Part shown: positions 28,008 through 41,523 of the stretch, one piece after another
Layout: every line of letters begins with the position of its first letter
Numbering within the stretch: position 1 is the first letter of the stretch
From: Eledone cirrhosa
Taxonomy: Eukaryota
Reading direction: 5' to 3'
DNA length: 64,000 nucleotides
Assembly: GCA_964016885.1 (NCBI GenBank)
Contig: OZ024758.1
Location: 3,224,001-3,288,000 of the forward strand
Notes under the pieces: generated by a model
The model's database searches: none
What the model was told of the DNA's origin: nothing
Seen by the model: only the letters and a program-made list of their open reading frames with translations
Program-made: the position numbers and the translations under genes

Positions 28008-28407
28008 CTATATATATATATATATATATATACATATATATATACATATATATATATACATATATATATACATATATATACATATATATATGTGTGTCTC
28101 TGTGTGTGTCTGTCTGTGTCTGTGTGTGTGTCTGTCTCTGTGTGTGTGTCTCTGTGTGTGTGTATCTCTGTGTGTGTGTCTCTGTGTGTGTGTCTCTGTG
28201 TGTGTGTCTCTGTGTGTGTGTCTCTGTGTGTGTGTCTCTGTGTGTGTGTCTCTGTGTGTGTGTCTCTGTGTGTGTGTCTCTGTGTGTGTGTCTCTGTGCG
28301 TGTGTCTCTGTGCGTGTCTCTGTGTGTGTCTCTGTGTGTGTCTCTGTGTGTGTCTGTGTGTGTCTGTGTGTGTGTCTGTGTGTGTGTGTGTGTGTGTGTC
28401 TGTGTGC
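28008..28407. repeat. (TA)n plus (TG)n/TCTCTGTGTGTGTG compound repeat
   Basis: Directly visible. Confidence 0.95.
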
Positions 28408-28802
28408 GCCTCTGAATCCTAGTCCTGTTTGAGGGATGACACTGTGACATTAGTGCTTTTAAACATGATAGAACCGATCTCCTCTCCACGTTTAAACCCT
28501 GGAGAGTGCCTGATAAATGTTATAGATGAAGATTCGCCTGCGGTACAAGACTTAGTTTTTCATTTTCGTCTTCAAAAGGATCAATGAGAAATGTAATTCT
28601 CCTTTGATGCAGTAAAATCGTTTCAATTAGTTCACATTATTCCTATATTATACACATAAATCAGGATATTGAAAATCTGCTTTAAATTGAAACTCCATTT
28701 AAAATATAGTGAATTACTTTTTTATTTAAACAATCAGATATTTTCTAGCCTATGTATTCAGTTATCTCAAATACAAAATCCGTTTATTACTATCAGCAAA
28801 AT

Positions 28803-29017
28803 AAGGGTAGTAGATTGCTAGTACCAGTCGGGTTCCGGACAATATGCTGTGTAGCATAGAATTTCGTCCGTTTTACATTCTGATTTCAAAACACACCGAA
28901 GTTAGCTTTGCCTTTCTTCCTTACGGGTCCGATAAATTCAAGTACCAGTACCAGTCGATTTAAGCGAATTTTCCATCCCCCCAAATTGCTAGTCTTGTGC
29001 CTAAATCTGAAAACGTT
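28803..29017 (+). mobile_element. Degenerate SINE-1 copy
   Basis: CTTTGCCTTTCTTCCTTACGGGTCCGATAAAT core. Confidence 0.75.
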
Positions 29018-31647
29018 ATCACCAACACATATGTTGGCCTTCTATAGCAAATATATCTGATATAGAAATATGGCAGATAAGGAATACAACATATAATGTC
29101 ATATTACTGTCAGTATTTATTTTCTTGTATTTTCAGCATGTAAAAGTTCTCCAGATTTTTGTAACAACACGTTTCTGTTATTTTGGCAAATGAGGGGTTC
29201 GACCATCTGTTTTGTACAAATTATAAGAGAAATACTTGACGTCAATTTTCACAGATGAGCAGCAAAGCACTTATTACCTCCTTCGATGTGTGGGGTAGGG
29301 CGTCAAAACTACAGTTTAGCAGTCATTCGCTCTGATGAATCTTCATCTTGTTTATATAATGTTAAAACTTGATATGTTTTAGCAAAATTACGTGTGTTGC
29401 ATTCTGCATATATTAGAGATACAGCATTCACATATGAATTTTCACAAAATAAAGAAAACCAAACAGAAGCTTGCTAGTATTGTTAAAAAAATAAAACGAA
29501 ATAAGAAGCATTTTATATACAAACTTCCTAGGATTTATTTCTGACATGAAATTATTCATTCATACAAAAGTTTATCAAATTCATAGCAGTTTTATCGAGG
29601 TGACGTTGAGAATAGAGTTTAGTCATTTAAGAGAATAAGTATGGAACTCTCTATCCTATTTTCCAGTAGTTACTTCTCATAAAATAAATTAATTAAATGT
29701 GATACGATTGCATTCTTCTTACAATACTCATAAGAGTAAATGTTCTTTGAATAATGAATGTCCGGACAATGACATATTGTAACTTAACAGAAACCACTTA
29801 CGTCCGTATATGTGTATATATCGTATTTTCTTTGGAGTTTAAATATGTATATATTATTTAATAATATACAGTGCTGTAGTATATTCCACTGCTTGCCACA
29901 AGATGGACATTTTTGGCGTCCCCGTGTGTCCCAGTGCCTCTTTAACAGGCTACTTAGCGACCTGATGACGCGCAATATATCCTCATTAATGCAGAGCATC
30001 TAGTCCCTCTCAGTTAGAAGACTGACTTGCGTGTTGAAAAGCCACTCCTACAATTGGTGCCTCTGGTATGTCCCTTGCAGAGGCCTAGTTAGCCTGAAAA
30101 ATATGAGAGGGATAAACCAACATTTGTTGATTCTTAAAGGAGCGTAAATTGCTTATGGTGCCTATCCCGGACCCTATCACATAACCAAAATTTTATGCTA
30201 ATTAAATTTTATGTATTCAAATGAAGTTCAGATATATAAAAAAAATAAGCTTAAAAAGAATTTATTATTTCAAATAAACAAAAAACAAAATATTGACGTT
30301 TGAAAAAGTTGGGGTGGTGGGGTGGGGGGGGCATGTTACCTGGTAACGCTCTGAAACAAGGCTGTTGGTCCCTTGAAATATGTACACGTGATTAGCTTCA
30401 TAAAATGTATTTGATTCACTATATAGGGTACCGTTTAAATAAATATTGTCTAGGTATGTTTATACTCCCGGAATTTTAAATAATTGCCCTTGCATAAAAC
30501 CTATGTAACATTGTATGTTTGTGTTGCTTATGAGGAAACACTCATATATCCCTTTACCTACGTGTATTTGTGTCTATGCAATATCTGGTTACATAATCTT
30601 GTTCATGACTGTACACAAATGTTTATGAAATGGTAGTATTTAATTTACAAATTGTCCATTATTCCTTGTCACATGTCTTTTATTTCCTCTGTTATTGATG
30701 CATAAGGGCAATGTTATACATCGTATCTCTTCTTGGTTGTTTTCAATTTCATTATGTTCATCATTCAATACACACGTAACGCTTGTATTCCCAGTTTTAG
30801 ATTATATTTGTTTCTCTTTGTTTCAACAATATATAAATCTTATGTTAGCAAGAAGCCAGCGTCTTAACCCAATAAATAAATAAAACAATAACATCTATGA
30901 AACGTTCCAAACAATTTTATCGTATTTTCCTTGTATTTTCGTTAACAAGACGAGCATCTTACAATTATTTTCTTGGTCACTAGTCTTTTTTTTTCTTTAC
31001 TGACATTAAGTAGTGTTATGCTGGATTAATCTTTTGAAGCACTGCAACTCAAAATTTCATTCAATGCTGATCTATGCCTCGGCCACATGACATTTGCATG
31101 CAATCATAGTAATTTAATTGCTGTGTTCTCGACATAACCAAATTGATAGTGCTTGCTGCTCACCTTCAATGTAATTAGACTTTGATTTATGGCACTGCTT
31201 TAAATATAATATAGTTTTTTTTTCTAAAGCAATAAGAGGAAACGTTGATAGCTTAAAAAATCGGGTTGACTTTCTTGAATTACGGCTTTTGAATTATAAA
31301 TCTTTCTTTCCTACGCTTAGACACAATGGTTATGTATTTATTTATTGTAGGCTGAGGTAGTATTTAATGTTTGCTGTAAATCTGGAATATGAAATTCAAG
31401 AAAACGCAGAAGCCTTGCGTGTTAGATCAAGATGCTAAATATAGCAAAGTTCATAACCACTTCTAAGATATCCACAATACCACAGATATAAAGCAGGTCT
31501 TTGTCGATAAAATAAACACCCGGATTGGACTGTTATATGATATTGAGCCAGCAATACTTAAATCCTGAATAGAAGACAATGAGATTTTAGCAAAGCTCAT
31601 AACCGCTTCTAAGATATGCACAATAACACACATATAAAGCAGCTGTT

Positions 31648-31840
31648 GTGGCTGATTGGTTAGAGAACTGGATTCGCAATCATGAGGTTGTCAGTTTGAT
31701 TCCCGGACCGGGCTATGCGTTATGTCCTTGAGCAAGGCATTTTATTTCACGTTGCCCCTTCTATCTTGAATTGCGACCGATTGGAAAGACCAACGGAAAC
31801 ATTGTTTCCTCGGTCCGATTTGACGAAAGTAGATCGAAAC
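31648..31840 (+). mobile_element. SINE-2 copy
   Basis: Reverse complement of 27795-28003. Confidence 0.85.
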
Positions 31841-32730
31841 AAAAGTTTTCAGTCGATAAAATAAACACCCGCATTGGACTGGTGTTATATGATATTGAGC
31901 CAACAATCCTGAAATGCTAAATAGAAGACAATGAGGTTTTAGCTCAAAATGTAACGATACACCGCTACAAACCACGAGTTATTTTGTCCACCATTCTCAA
32001 CTATTTGTACTAATCCACCCTTGCATTTTTATAACATTGATATATTACAATAAAAGATATTGAATGACGAGACGGAGAGAGCGGAAAGTGACAACGATTC
32101 GGCAAGTCTTACAATTAGTTAGAATAGATATTAAAAAGAAACGTTCCTATACACATTGACAATCAATAAACAGGTCGTCATAATAAGTCACGCAACGAAC
32201 ACAGTAAGCCTGTAGATCCTAATATAACGATCCCCATAATATAAAGCCAGATTTCCGCATAGGATATATAAAGATTCATGCGCACAGGAAACCCTAAAGG
32301 TATAACACAAAACAATTGAACTTGGAATTGATTGATTAGATCTACGAACAAAGGCGGTCAACCGACCGCAATCCAGTTATTTTGTTTCAGAAATATTGTA
32401 ACACGAGTTAAATTAATATATTTATAATATAGTGTATTATCAATGTAATGTTCTTAATAATTTAGATATGTAGAAGTTATTTAGTTGGTTCGAATGTTAT
32501 AATTTATATTCTAATACAAAACTATTGTATTCGTTCAGCAGTTCTATTCTAGGAGATGATTAATTATTAAACGAATAAGGAATGTAAGTCATGCAGAGCA
32601 GAATAAGGATTTATTGATGGATGCTACAAAGGACGCAAGAGGAACCAGTAATATATTTGGATTTAAATATAATATTGTTATATGCACTGAGAAGGAATAG
32701 TCCGCGAACTTGATTATGTTCAGAATAATG

Positions 32731-32937
32731 ATTTCTACTATAGGCCAGTAATTTGAGGAGAGGGGAAAGTCGATTAAATTGACCCCAGTGCATTACTGGT
32801 GCTTTATATTATGAACACCGTAAGGATGAAAGGAAAAAGTAACCTCGAGGGGATTTGTACTCAGAACGTAATGAACTGTAACTATGCTGCGAAGCATGTT
32901 GTCCGACGCCCTATTGATACTGTCAATCCACCGCCTT
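32731..32937 (-). mobile_element. SINE-1 copy
   Basis: Matches the consensus on the minus strand. Confidence 0.85.
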
Positions 32938-33206
32938 ATTATTATCAGAATAATATAACTTCGATATATTCTATATGTGGTGGCCAAAGGTGCTTTCCGT
33001 GGAAAAATAATCTTAGCATATTGATCTCCAACGTAACCACGTATTCACTGAAATGACTCTGGTTAATCGTAAATGAGGGCTCCATTGACTGTGTCGGTTG
33101 AACTTTAATTGGAAAATGTTCGTTTCACATGGGTGTAGCAGGAGATGACTGACATATCTCCACGTCTTTCCAGCTATTTTGAATGGGGTCTCAGTCCCTG
33201 CAGGCA

Positions 33207-33397
33207 ATAATTGCTTCTACTTTTGGCACAAGGCCAGCAATTATCCAGTACATGACTGGTACTTTATTTTATCAACCCCGTAAGGATGAAAGGCAAAGTT
33301 AACATCAACAGGATTTGAACTCAGACCGTAAACGGAGGTAACCATGCTAGAAAGTATAGCGTCCAACCCTCTACAGATACTGCCAATTCACCGCCCT
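33207..33397 (-). mobile_element. SINE-1 copy inserted in a ~39-bp tandem repeat
   Basis: Flanked by TTTGAATGGGGTCT...CCCTGCAG units at about 33177 and 33409-33490. Confidence 0.85.
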
Positions 33398-33891
33398 TAA
33401 TAATAGCGTTTTGAATGGGGTCTGAATCCCTGCAGACAATAATACTGCTTTGAATGAGGTCTTAATCCCTGCAGAGAATAATAGCGTTTCTAGCTGTATC
33501 TATTAGAAACTATATAGTAAGTCAGATGCAGCTTGGTAACATCTGTCTTCCCCCGTTGTGGGCTCTGCTCTTCGGATATGTATCAGTTTGGGAAAAGACG
33601 TGGTCCGCATTTGGTTTGCCGAATGTGTAGAGTGAGTACGGTATGTTGTGATATGTGTGATTGATGTGAGCAGGCTGACCTTCGGTTTAGGCTGTTGTTG
33701 AAGGTGTGTGGACAGATGGCAGCAACACCAACGGTCTTATTTACGTATATAAGAAATGGTACTTATTTCTCTCCTCATATTTAACCCTGCACCATTTTAA
33801 GGCACATTGCTGATTATCTCCCCACATTTCCCAGGTGAATTAAATATTGCAATATCCTTTAAAAATGGAAGATACAAAACATTTAAAATAA

Positions 33892-34175
<284 letters not shown>

Positions 34176-34884
34176 AGGGAAATCACTAATATAATACGGG
34201 AGCTGTTCTTATTTCAACTGAAATTAAAATGGAAGTCAATATCTGAAATCCCAGATCTACTATATATCGAAGTAAAACGTTTGTTTGACGCAATTATCAA
34301 GATGTATTTAAATAAAAACAAATTTAACGATATTAACACCTTAGAAAACTGTGATAAGTTTCGTTTAGTCATAGGAAATTTAAAATGAATATTCGGGTCA
34401 TAATCCACCATTTCATGTTAAACGTAAGCTGGCGAGAAATATAAATATATAATAGATGGTGACAATGATAAATGATTCACTATCTGAAACAATGGATTAT
34501 TTGTGATTTAATTCAAGTTTAGCTTCTATGAAACAAACTTGGATAGATATTAAATACTTCAACTCCATCTGTAGTAGCCAACAGTTTACATAAAAAAAAT
34601 AAAAAAATGGCAGTATCTGACAAACTTAAATAAATCATCCTAAAATATAAATCTCGATACCAAGAAAAACACGAGATCAGCATTTTACATTCCATCACTC
34701 AAATAGAAACAAAATAAGAGAAGCCACGTCCTGTCGTCTGCATAAGAAGTTATATCTAGTGTAACAAGTATGAGGCATATGTGAAATTTCAAACCGAATA
34801 GGCAGGTGCATGTCTCAGAAGATAGCAGTTTATTAAATACTTAATACTTCTAAGAAATTATTTATTTGCGATTTATAATCACAA

Positions 34885-35648
34885 TGCCAATCTCCAACAA
34901 ACAATCTACACCCTCCAAAATTGCTCAAGTTACGGAGTTTGTATATCTCGGTAGCAATCTATCATCGAACAACAATGGAATGGTTGCTGCGCAATATCGA
35001 ATCGCTCTAGGTTGGGCAGCTTTCCAAAAGAACAGGGAAGTACTAACATGAAAACGAGTATCTTTGAGACTTAGATCCTACTAGTCGTATTATATGGCCT
35101 TAACTGTGTTAACTGGACGAGGACAAGGTCACCTCAGAATCTCTCTACATTCCGGAACATTATCAGACATATGACTGGCAAGCGGCTCAGCGACCGTATC
35201 TATAAGAGTGAGCTGCTCAACATTATCAAACATAGACCAATTACATCAATTGTCAAGTCAAGAGTACTCAAACTATACGGTCTTATAAAAAGATCAACTC
35301 GTGGTGTGTTTAGGTTATGCCTGGAAGGAAGGTTGGCTAGTTAGAGAGGCAGAGGCCGGCAGCCAAAATGATGGCTGACATAATGTCAACCTCTGGACTC
35401 GACTTGATGTTTGCTCTTTAAACTCTGCAGTTGGTGATCAAAAGGTATTATATATTCCTGGAAGAAAGGTTCGCATGTAAGAGAAGCAGAGACCCTGCAG
35501 CCAAAACGATGGCTTGATAATGTTAACTTATGGACTGGAGTTGATCTTTGCTCTTTGAACTCTGCTGCTGGTGATCGTTCTTTGTGAAGAGAGATATCAC
35601 ATGTTAATGTGCAGTCTGCAACTGGCGTCACTAGAAGAAGAAGAAGAA
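34885..35648 (+). mobile_element. 5'-truncated RTE-clade LINE with (AAG)n tail
   Basis: EFVYLGSNLS...RIALGWAAF, VLYGLNCVNW, LCLEGRL..RGRGRQPK motifs with stops and frameshifts; ends in AGAAGAAGAAGAAGAA. Confidence 0.8.
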
Positions 35649-37019
35649 ATACACCAATAATCTTTCTAATAATTTGGAGAAAAGGGGCATTTCTTGGATG
35701 TCTTATTCATTTAATTCTTCTCCTGCTTAGTCATCTATTACTTCGTCTTCGTTCACTTTTTCATAGAATACACGTAATCAGCGCTTCAAATCTCTCTAGC
35801 TATATGACGCTCGTCCTTGAACACGCATATGTTGAAATGTGGCGATGCTTGCAAAATTCCTAATGAGTATAATACATACATTTATTTGTAAAACAGTATT
35901 ACAGATAAGGTGTGATGCATCCATTATAACATAATGGTAGTCAGAAGTGTTCAAATTACATCTTCATAGATTTCTAAATATATTTTGAAGATTAAATGGA
36001 ATTTATTAGTATTAACGATTTTAATTCTAAATAATTTGCGTCCCCTGATCACAACTAATTACAAAATGATGCATGGTTTACTGGATTACTAATCTTTTCT
36101 GGATGTCAATTTTACAGTATGTGAAAAATAATAACGGCACGCGATATATTTAGTATCCTTGTCAAGTACATATTTCTAATTGGAAATCGACCGTTTGTCA
36201 TAAACTCATTATACGGCGTCGAGTTTGTAGTTGAGATTAAAAGTTTATATACGATTAAGTCAAGGAAGACGACGTAGAATGTAATCGTGAGTAAAATACA
36301 GAAAAGATAAATAAATAAAGAAAACAATCGGTGGTTTAATACAACATAACATACTATGTACCACCACGTTAAAAGAGCATGTACAAAGAATGTGTATAAT
36401 ATATTAGAGTGTATTTTACATATCACAAACGTTATGCAAGTGTATAGTTTGAGTCCACCTTAATTAATATATATCTGAAAACATGGGTCTAAAGTTAATT
36501 ATCGATGAAACGTTTAATTAAAAATATGATCAATTCAAATGTCAGAGAGTGAAACTGATGTTAATGAATAAATGCGTAGAGCGGAGATCAAGTAGTCACT
36601 TGGCAGGTAGAGTTGTAACTTCTCCGAATCGAGAGATCACAGCTCCGATCTTACACACATGTGGTCAACATTTATAATGATAAAAGCGCTGGAGAAATGT
36701 TACGAGCAAAGTCAACCGGGATGAGACCTAGATGTATAACATAAGTATACTGGTTACATAACATCCATTAGTTGTGTTGAATTGCTTGGGAATACAACCA
36801 GATCAAATGGGGTTCTTTGCCTCTGACAGGAATTGTAAGATTAGTGACAAATGCCAGCAAAATGTTAAATGTCTTGCATCCTTTTCCCCTGATTTTATAC
36901 CATTGTGAGCTTTTTGAATGCCTCAAACAAATCGATTGGTATCTGCTCTACACCAGCTACAATTTCGATTTGCACCCATTACTCACTCTCTCTCTCTCTC
37001 TCACATTATATATGTATAT

Positions 37020-37125
37020 AATCCCGCCGAGGTTAACTTTGCCTTTCATCCTTTCGGGGTCGATAAAATAAACTACTAGTAATACACTGGGTAATTGCTG
37101 GCCTTCTGCCAAAAGAAGAAACAAT

Positions 37126-37127
<2 letters not shown>
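37020..37127 (+). mobile_element. 5'-truncated SINE-1
   Basis: AATCCCGCCGAGGTTAACTTTGCCTTTCATCC... Confidence 0.85.
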
Positions 37128-37150
<23 letters not shown>

Positions 37151-37156
<6 letters not shown>

Positions 37157-37266
37157 GATTAATGTTTAAGCAAATAATCACTGGTTTCACCCTTAACGGG
37201 ATCTTCTGAAAGTTTCAGAAGATCCAGTTAACGGTGAAAGCACCGATCCTTTGCTTAAACTTTAAT
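37151..37266. mobile_element. Head-to-head inverted pair of family D elements
   Basis: Symmetry centre at 37212 (TTCTGAAA-G-TTTCAGAA); both arms match 27692-27760. Confidence 0.7.
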
Positions 37267-39711
37267 AAATATTTGCTCCACGGATTTATATATATAATTC
37301 TTATCGAACCCTCTTCGGATTTTAGTTTCACTTTATTACTATATATGTATATTCACAAAGATATGTTAATTGTTTACATACACATGTCATTTTTTTATTT
37401 TATCATTCTTTATTTTATCCTAATTGAAATTTGATAAAAATACTAAATATAAACCGGATAATAAAATGAAGAAAACGTTGCAAGCTAAGAAGACATCTCT
37501 TTCGATAACACCCATTACGAAGGTAAAAACCGCAAAGCTGCAGGAAGTCCATTTTTCTTTCATTGCAAGTCAGGAAGTATCACAGGTCACTCCTTGGGGA
37601 GTGAAGTCAGTTATATATCAAATATCTGACACGGTTAGAAAATTCCTAGATTTATTTTTAAAGGCCAAAAGTCTCAGCTGAAATACTAAACCTAATCACG
37701 CTGAGCCATATGTCAAAACATCAGAAGAGTGTTGTGATAACAAAGATTCTTGAAATATCGATAATCTAGAGAGATTTTCGGAAGTTTTGCAGCTTACAAC
37801 CTTATATACAAATACCACCATTCTCTGACATAAACAAAGGAATTCACAAAACTGCGAGGCTAACATGTAATTAAGTACGATACTAGACTTCGAACAAAAA
37901 ATAAAATATGTGAGTGTGTGAGAGGGTACATATTCTCTTGCCATATGTTCAGGAATGAGTTTCGAATGAAAGGCTTATAACTAAATCGGTTTTAACTTAT
38001 TATATAAATATTTTATTTATAAATGTTATCTATTTTATTTCTCTATTTACATATGTTATCGGCTTTATTCTTTTTCTCATCAAGGTAGACAATTGTGATT
38101 CTACTATTTATATCTTCCGAATAAATGTTTTCCAATTCGTTGTTTCTGATAACTATAAGATTGACGTATACCGAGGCTGATAAAATGGAGTGGCATTGAA
38201 TAACTCAAACCTAGTAGTGGATATAGCGCTATTATCATGGCTGATTTCCCCCTTTGAAACCAACGTGAATATGTTGACTAATAAAGCGGAGAACCTCCTC
38301 AGTCAATGATAGGTTGATTGCCCTGATCATTTTATAAATTAAAACCACTTTCACATGTTAGTTTAATTAATTTAATAGATGTAAGTAAAAAGCAAACGTT
38401 TTTCTAAAATATTGAAATTAATAATTGGTGTGAATATTATATAGAATATAAAAATGCAGCTAAAGTGTCTGGGGTGTTTTCATTTCTTTTTATTCTATGA
38501 TGACATGAATATTATTAAAATAAATAACATGTTTAAGCGTATATTTAACTGTATGTAGGCATTCTACTGGCGCCAGTAAAAACAATATATTACATATAAT
38601 AATTATGAAAAAAATAAGGCACCGAAAAAAGTAAAGTAGCATAAAATAATATATTATTGCATGAAAATATAAGAGAAAATTAAAGACATCAAGATTAAGA
38701 TAAAATTAATATTTTAATTAAATTTTCTCTTTTATTAACGAAAAAAAAAAAAAAAAAAAATGATGGTTCAGTTTTCGTTAAAACTGAAAATATATAGTAT
38801 ACTTTTGAATTGAATTGTAAAGTTTTGATCAATAAATATAAGGATGAAAAGCCAAGATATTTGGCAACAAGAACAGTAATTAGACTAGCGCAGTGAGTTC
38901 AACTTTGATTGCTTAAATCAATCTTTCGTTTATATATGTTACAATAAAACTTATATATCTGTTCATCTTCTAATCAAATGCAGTCTTTACTAATAGTAAT
39001 AACTTGTTTATAAACTAACATTACTACACAGAGAAGAATTTAGTAACTATCACTATAAGTGCGTGTGTGTACTTACTGACATCTTGAGATTTATTTATTT
39101 ACGTCAACATTATCCATGATAGCTATGACGATACTGGTTAATCGTATGCAAATTATCATGTCAGCTTTGTACGTTTTAAATATATAATAGAGAATAAATT
39201 ACTAAAATTAATGGTATTAATTCAAATAATTTATCTTGATGAATATAATAGAACATGTGTAAACGACATGCGATGAGAAGCTTCTTATTCCTATGAGTAT
39301 ACGGATGAATATATGAATGAATGTAAGGGCATATATATTTTCTAAGGTGCAATTTGATGTAATGTACTTCATATCTGATTTGTACGCAACATAAACGATA
39401 TTCTCGGAAAATTTAATGAAATTATAATGACATGTTTTTCTTTTTATCATCAAAATTTCATTCAAAATAATTGGTCCCGTGGCAATTCCAGGATATATTT
39501 AGAAGTAATAAATGTCACTTTAAATATTTTACATTTAAGTTTATACATATACATACATATACACATGTATATATATACATATATACATATACACATATAT
39601 ACATATATATACATATATATACATATATACATATATATACATATATATACATATATACATATATATACATATATACATATATATACATATATACATATAC
39701 ATATATACATA

Positions 39712-40016
39712 AACAGACCAAATAAAGATAGCGTAGGCATACAAGACAACGGGAGGAAACATAATAGCACCACTGACGATGTTGCAGATGTGCAACGAAA
39801 GAACTTTGTTAGACTATATATATGTTTGTGTCTATATTGTACCTGTATTTTTGACCGTTGGTCAGTCAATGGTAACATTGAGGACCGAATAAATTAAATT
39901 AAATTACCTGATATAAAAGACACAGAAGCGAAAACCAACTAAAAGTGAGTGTGTTCTGTTATTAATTCTGCGAATATTATTACACAACTATGGCCCTCAT
40001 CAAGTATAACAATATA
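39712..40016 (+). mobile_element. HHR-bearing short element (family A)
   Basis: Reverse complement of 4801-5090; ends CAAGTATAACAATAT followed by (TA)n. Confidence 0.75.
39769..39810 (+). ncRNA. Minimal type I hammerhead ribozyme, intact core
   Basis: ACCA-CTGACGA-T-GTTGCA-GATG-TGCAAC-GAAA-GAAC-TT-TGTT. Confidence 0.75.
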
Positions 40017-40056
40017 TTTATATATACATATATATATATATGTATATATATATACA

Positions 40057-40899
40057 TATCTGAATTTTAAGTCGTGCCATCCACCTCATACAAAACGCAA
40101 CATCCCATACTGCCTAGCCAGAAGAATTTGTACCATTGTAGAAGATACGAATACCAGGTACAAACGCCTAACAGAACTAAGAGAATTTTTGCTCAAACAA
40201 AAATACCCATCTCTACTTATAGAAAATGGCATACAGCGGGCTATAAAAATACCTATACAACAACTTAGAATAACCCAAGGAAGAAGAAACCAAGAACTGG
40301 CCATACCATTTATAATGACACACAGCCCATGTCACCAGAATATCTTCAACACTGCCAAAGCAAACCTACCGATCATTGCTTAAAGTAATGAATTAAAAGG
40401 CTTAATCACAGATCGATCTTTGACTCTTAGTAAAAGACAGCCAAAAAATTTGAAGCAATTAATAACAAAAGCAAAGTTTGACCTTAACAACAAAGACCAA
40501 TCATTCACTGTATCTAAATGCAATGATAGTCGATGCGGCACATGTCAATCCATACACGCCGGTCAATATATGAAAACAAAAACTGGAAAAATATTCCCAA
40601 ATGCAAATATGAACTGCAAAAGCAGAAATCTAATTTACTGCATTATATGCCCGAATGGTGAAGAACTATATGTCGGTCAAACTGGAAATGTACTATCGGA
40701 ACGTGCACGGGTACACCGTCAACAAATCAGAGACACAAATGTCCGTCAGATACCCCTAAGCGGCCACCTGGCAACATGTGGTCAGGGAATATTTATAATA
40801 TTCCCATTCTACAAATTACACAGCCCAAGTGAAATCAAGAGAAAAATCAAAGAAAATAATTTTATTGATAAATTCAAACCCAAGCTAAATGAACAATAA
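40057..40899 (+). pseudogene. Penelope-like retroelement ORF 3' part: RT C-terminus/thumb, Cys-rich linker, GIY-YIG endonuclease (Neptune-like)
   Basis: YLNFKSCHPPHTKRNIPYCLARRI, KCNDSRCGTC linker, NLIYCIIC..LYVGQT..ERARVH..GHL..E..FI..KPKLN; single in-frame TAA at 40381-40383; 5'-truncated at (TA)n. Confidence 0.92.
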
Positions 40900-41070
40900 T
40901 AACGTTTAGGGGTATTACTTCTACTACCACTATGACCACGACCGACCGACCGACCGACCGACCGACCGAAACAACAACAACAACAGTGATGTTGATGGTG
41001 ATGATTAATAGAAAATGCTATTTTCATCATTTCTAAACATAGCAAAACAATTGATGCTTTGGATATGATC

Positions 41071-41245
41071 ATTGGTCGTTAGCATGTTCAACCAGCCGTG
41101 ACGCTTAAACCAATCAGCTTTAGTAATTCAGTCAAACTACACACTGATTGGTCGAAATACAGTTGACAGGGCTTAGCATTCTGGAGCCACTTTTCTCTGT
41201 GTAAAATGTATAAAAGGTAGGAAATTTACCCATCTCATTACAGTT
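41071..41245 (+). promoter_or_regulatory. Putative Pol II promoter in the pLTR
   Basis: ATTGG 41071, CCAAT 41110, ATTGG 41147, TATAAAAG 41209-41216, Inr-like TCATT/CAGTT 25-35 nt downstream. Confidence 0.55.
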
Positions 41246-41278
41246 GAAAATTGCAAACTCGACTGTCACCACATATTA

Positions 41279-41317
41279 TGAACCTGAAGATTGCGAAAGC
41301 ATGAAAGTACTTGTTCA
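41279..41317 (+). ncRNA. Minimal type I hammerhead ribozyme of the PLE pLTR
   Basis: TGAAC-CTGAAGA-T-TGC-GAAA-GCA-T-GAA-AGTACT-T-GTTCA; stem I TGAAC/GTTCA; palindromic stem III. Confidence 0.85.
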
Positions 41318-41491
41318 ATTAACACTTAGAATTTAATATTCTATCATACTATTTCATTATAATACCATATTATATATATTTTAAAGGATTGTAAATAAAA
41401 CGAGTAAATCAGACAAAGTTGGAATTCCTCTTATTAATATAATCTTCTATACACAATCATACACACCCGTGTATATTTACCTATCTATATC

Positions 41492-41523
<32 letters not shown>

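Larger units (their letters stand above)
40900..41480 (+). mobile_element. 3' UTR / pseudo-LTR of the Penelope-like element
   Basis: Follows the GIY-YIG stop; contains (CGAC)n, promoter boxes and an HHR; 3' boundary approximate. Confidence 0.7.
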
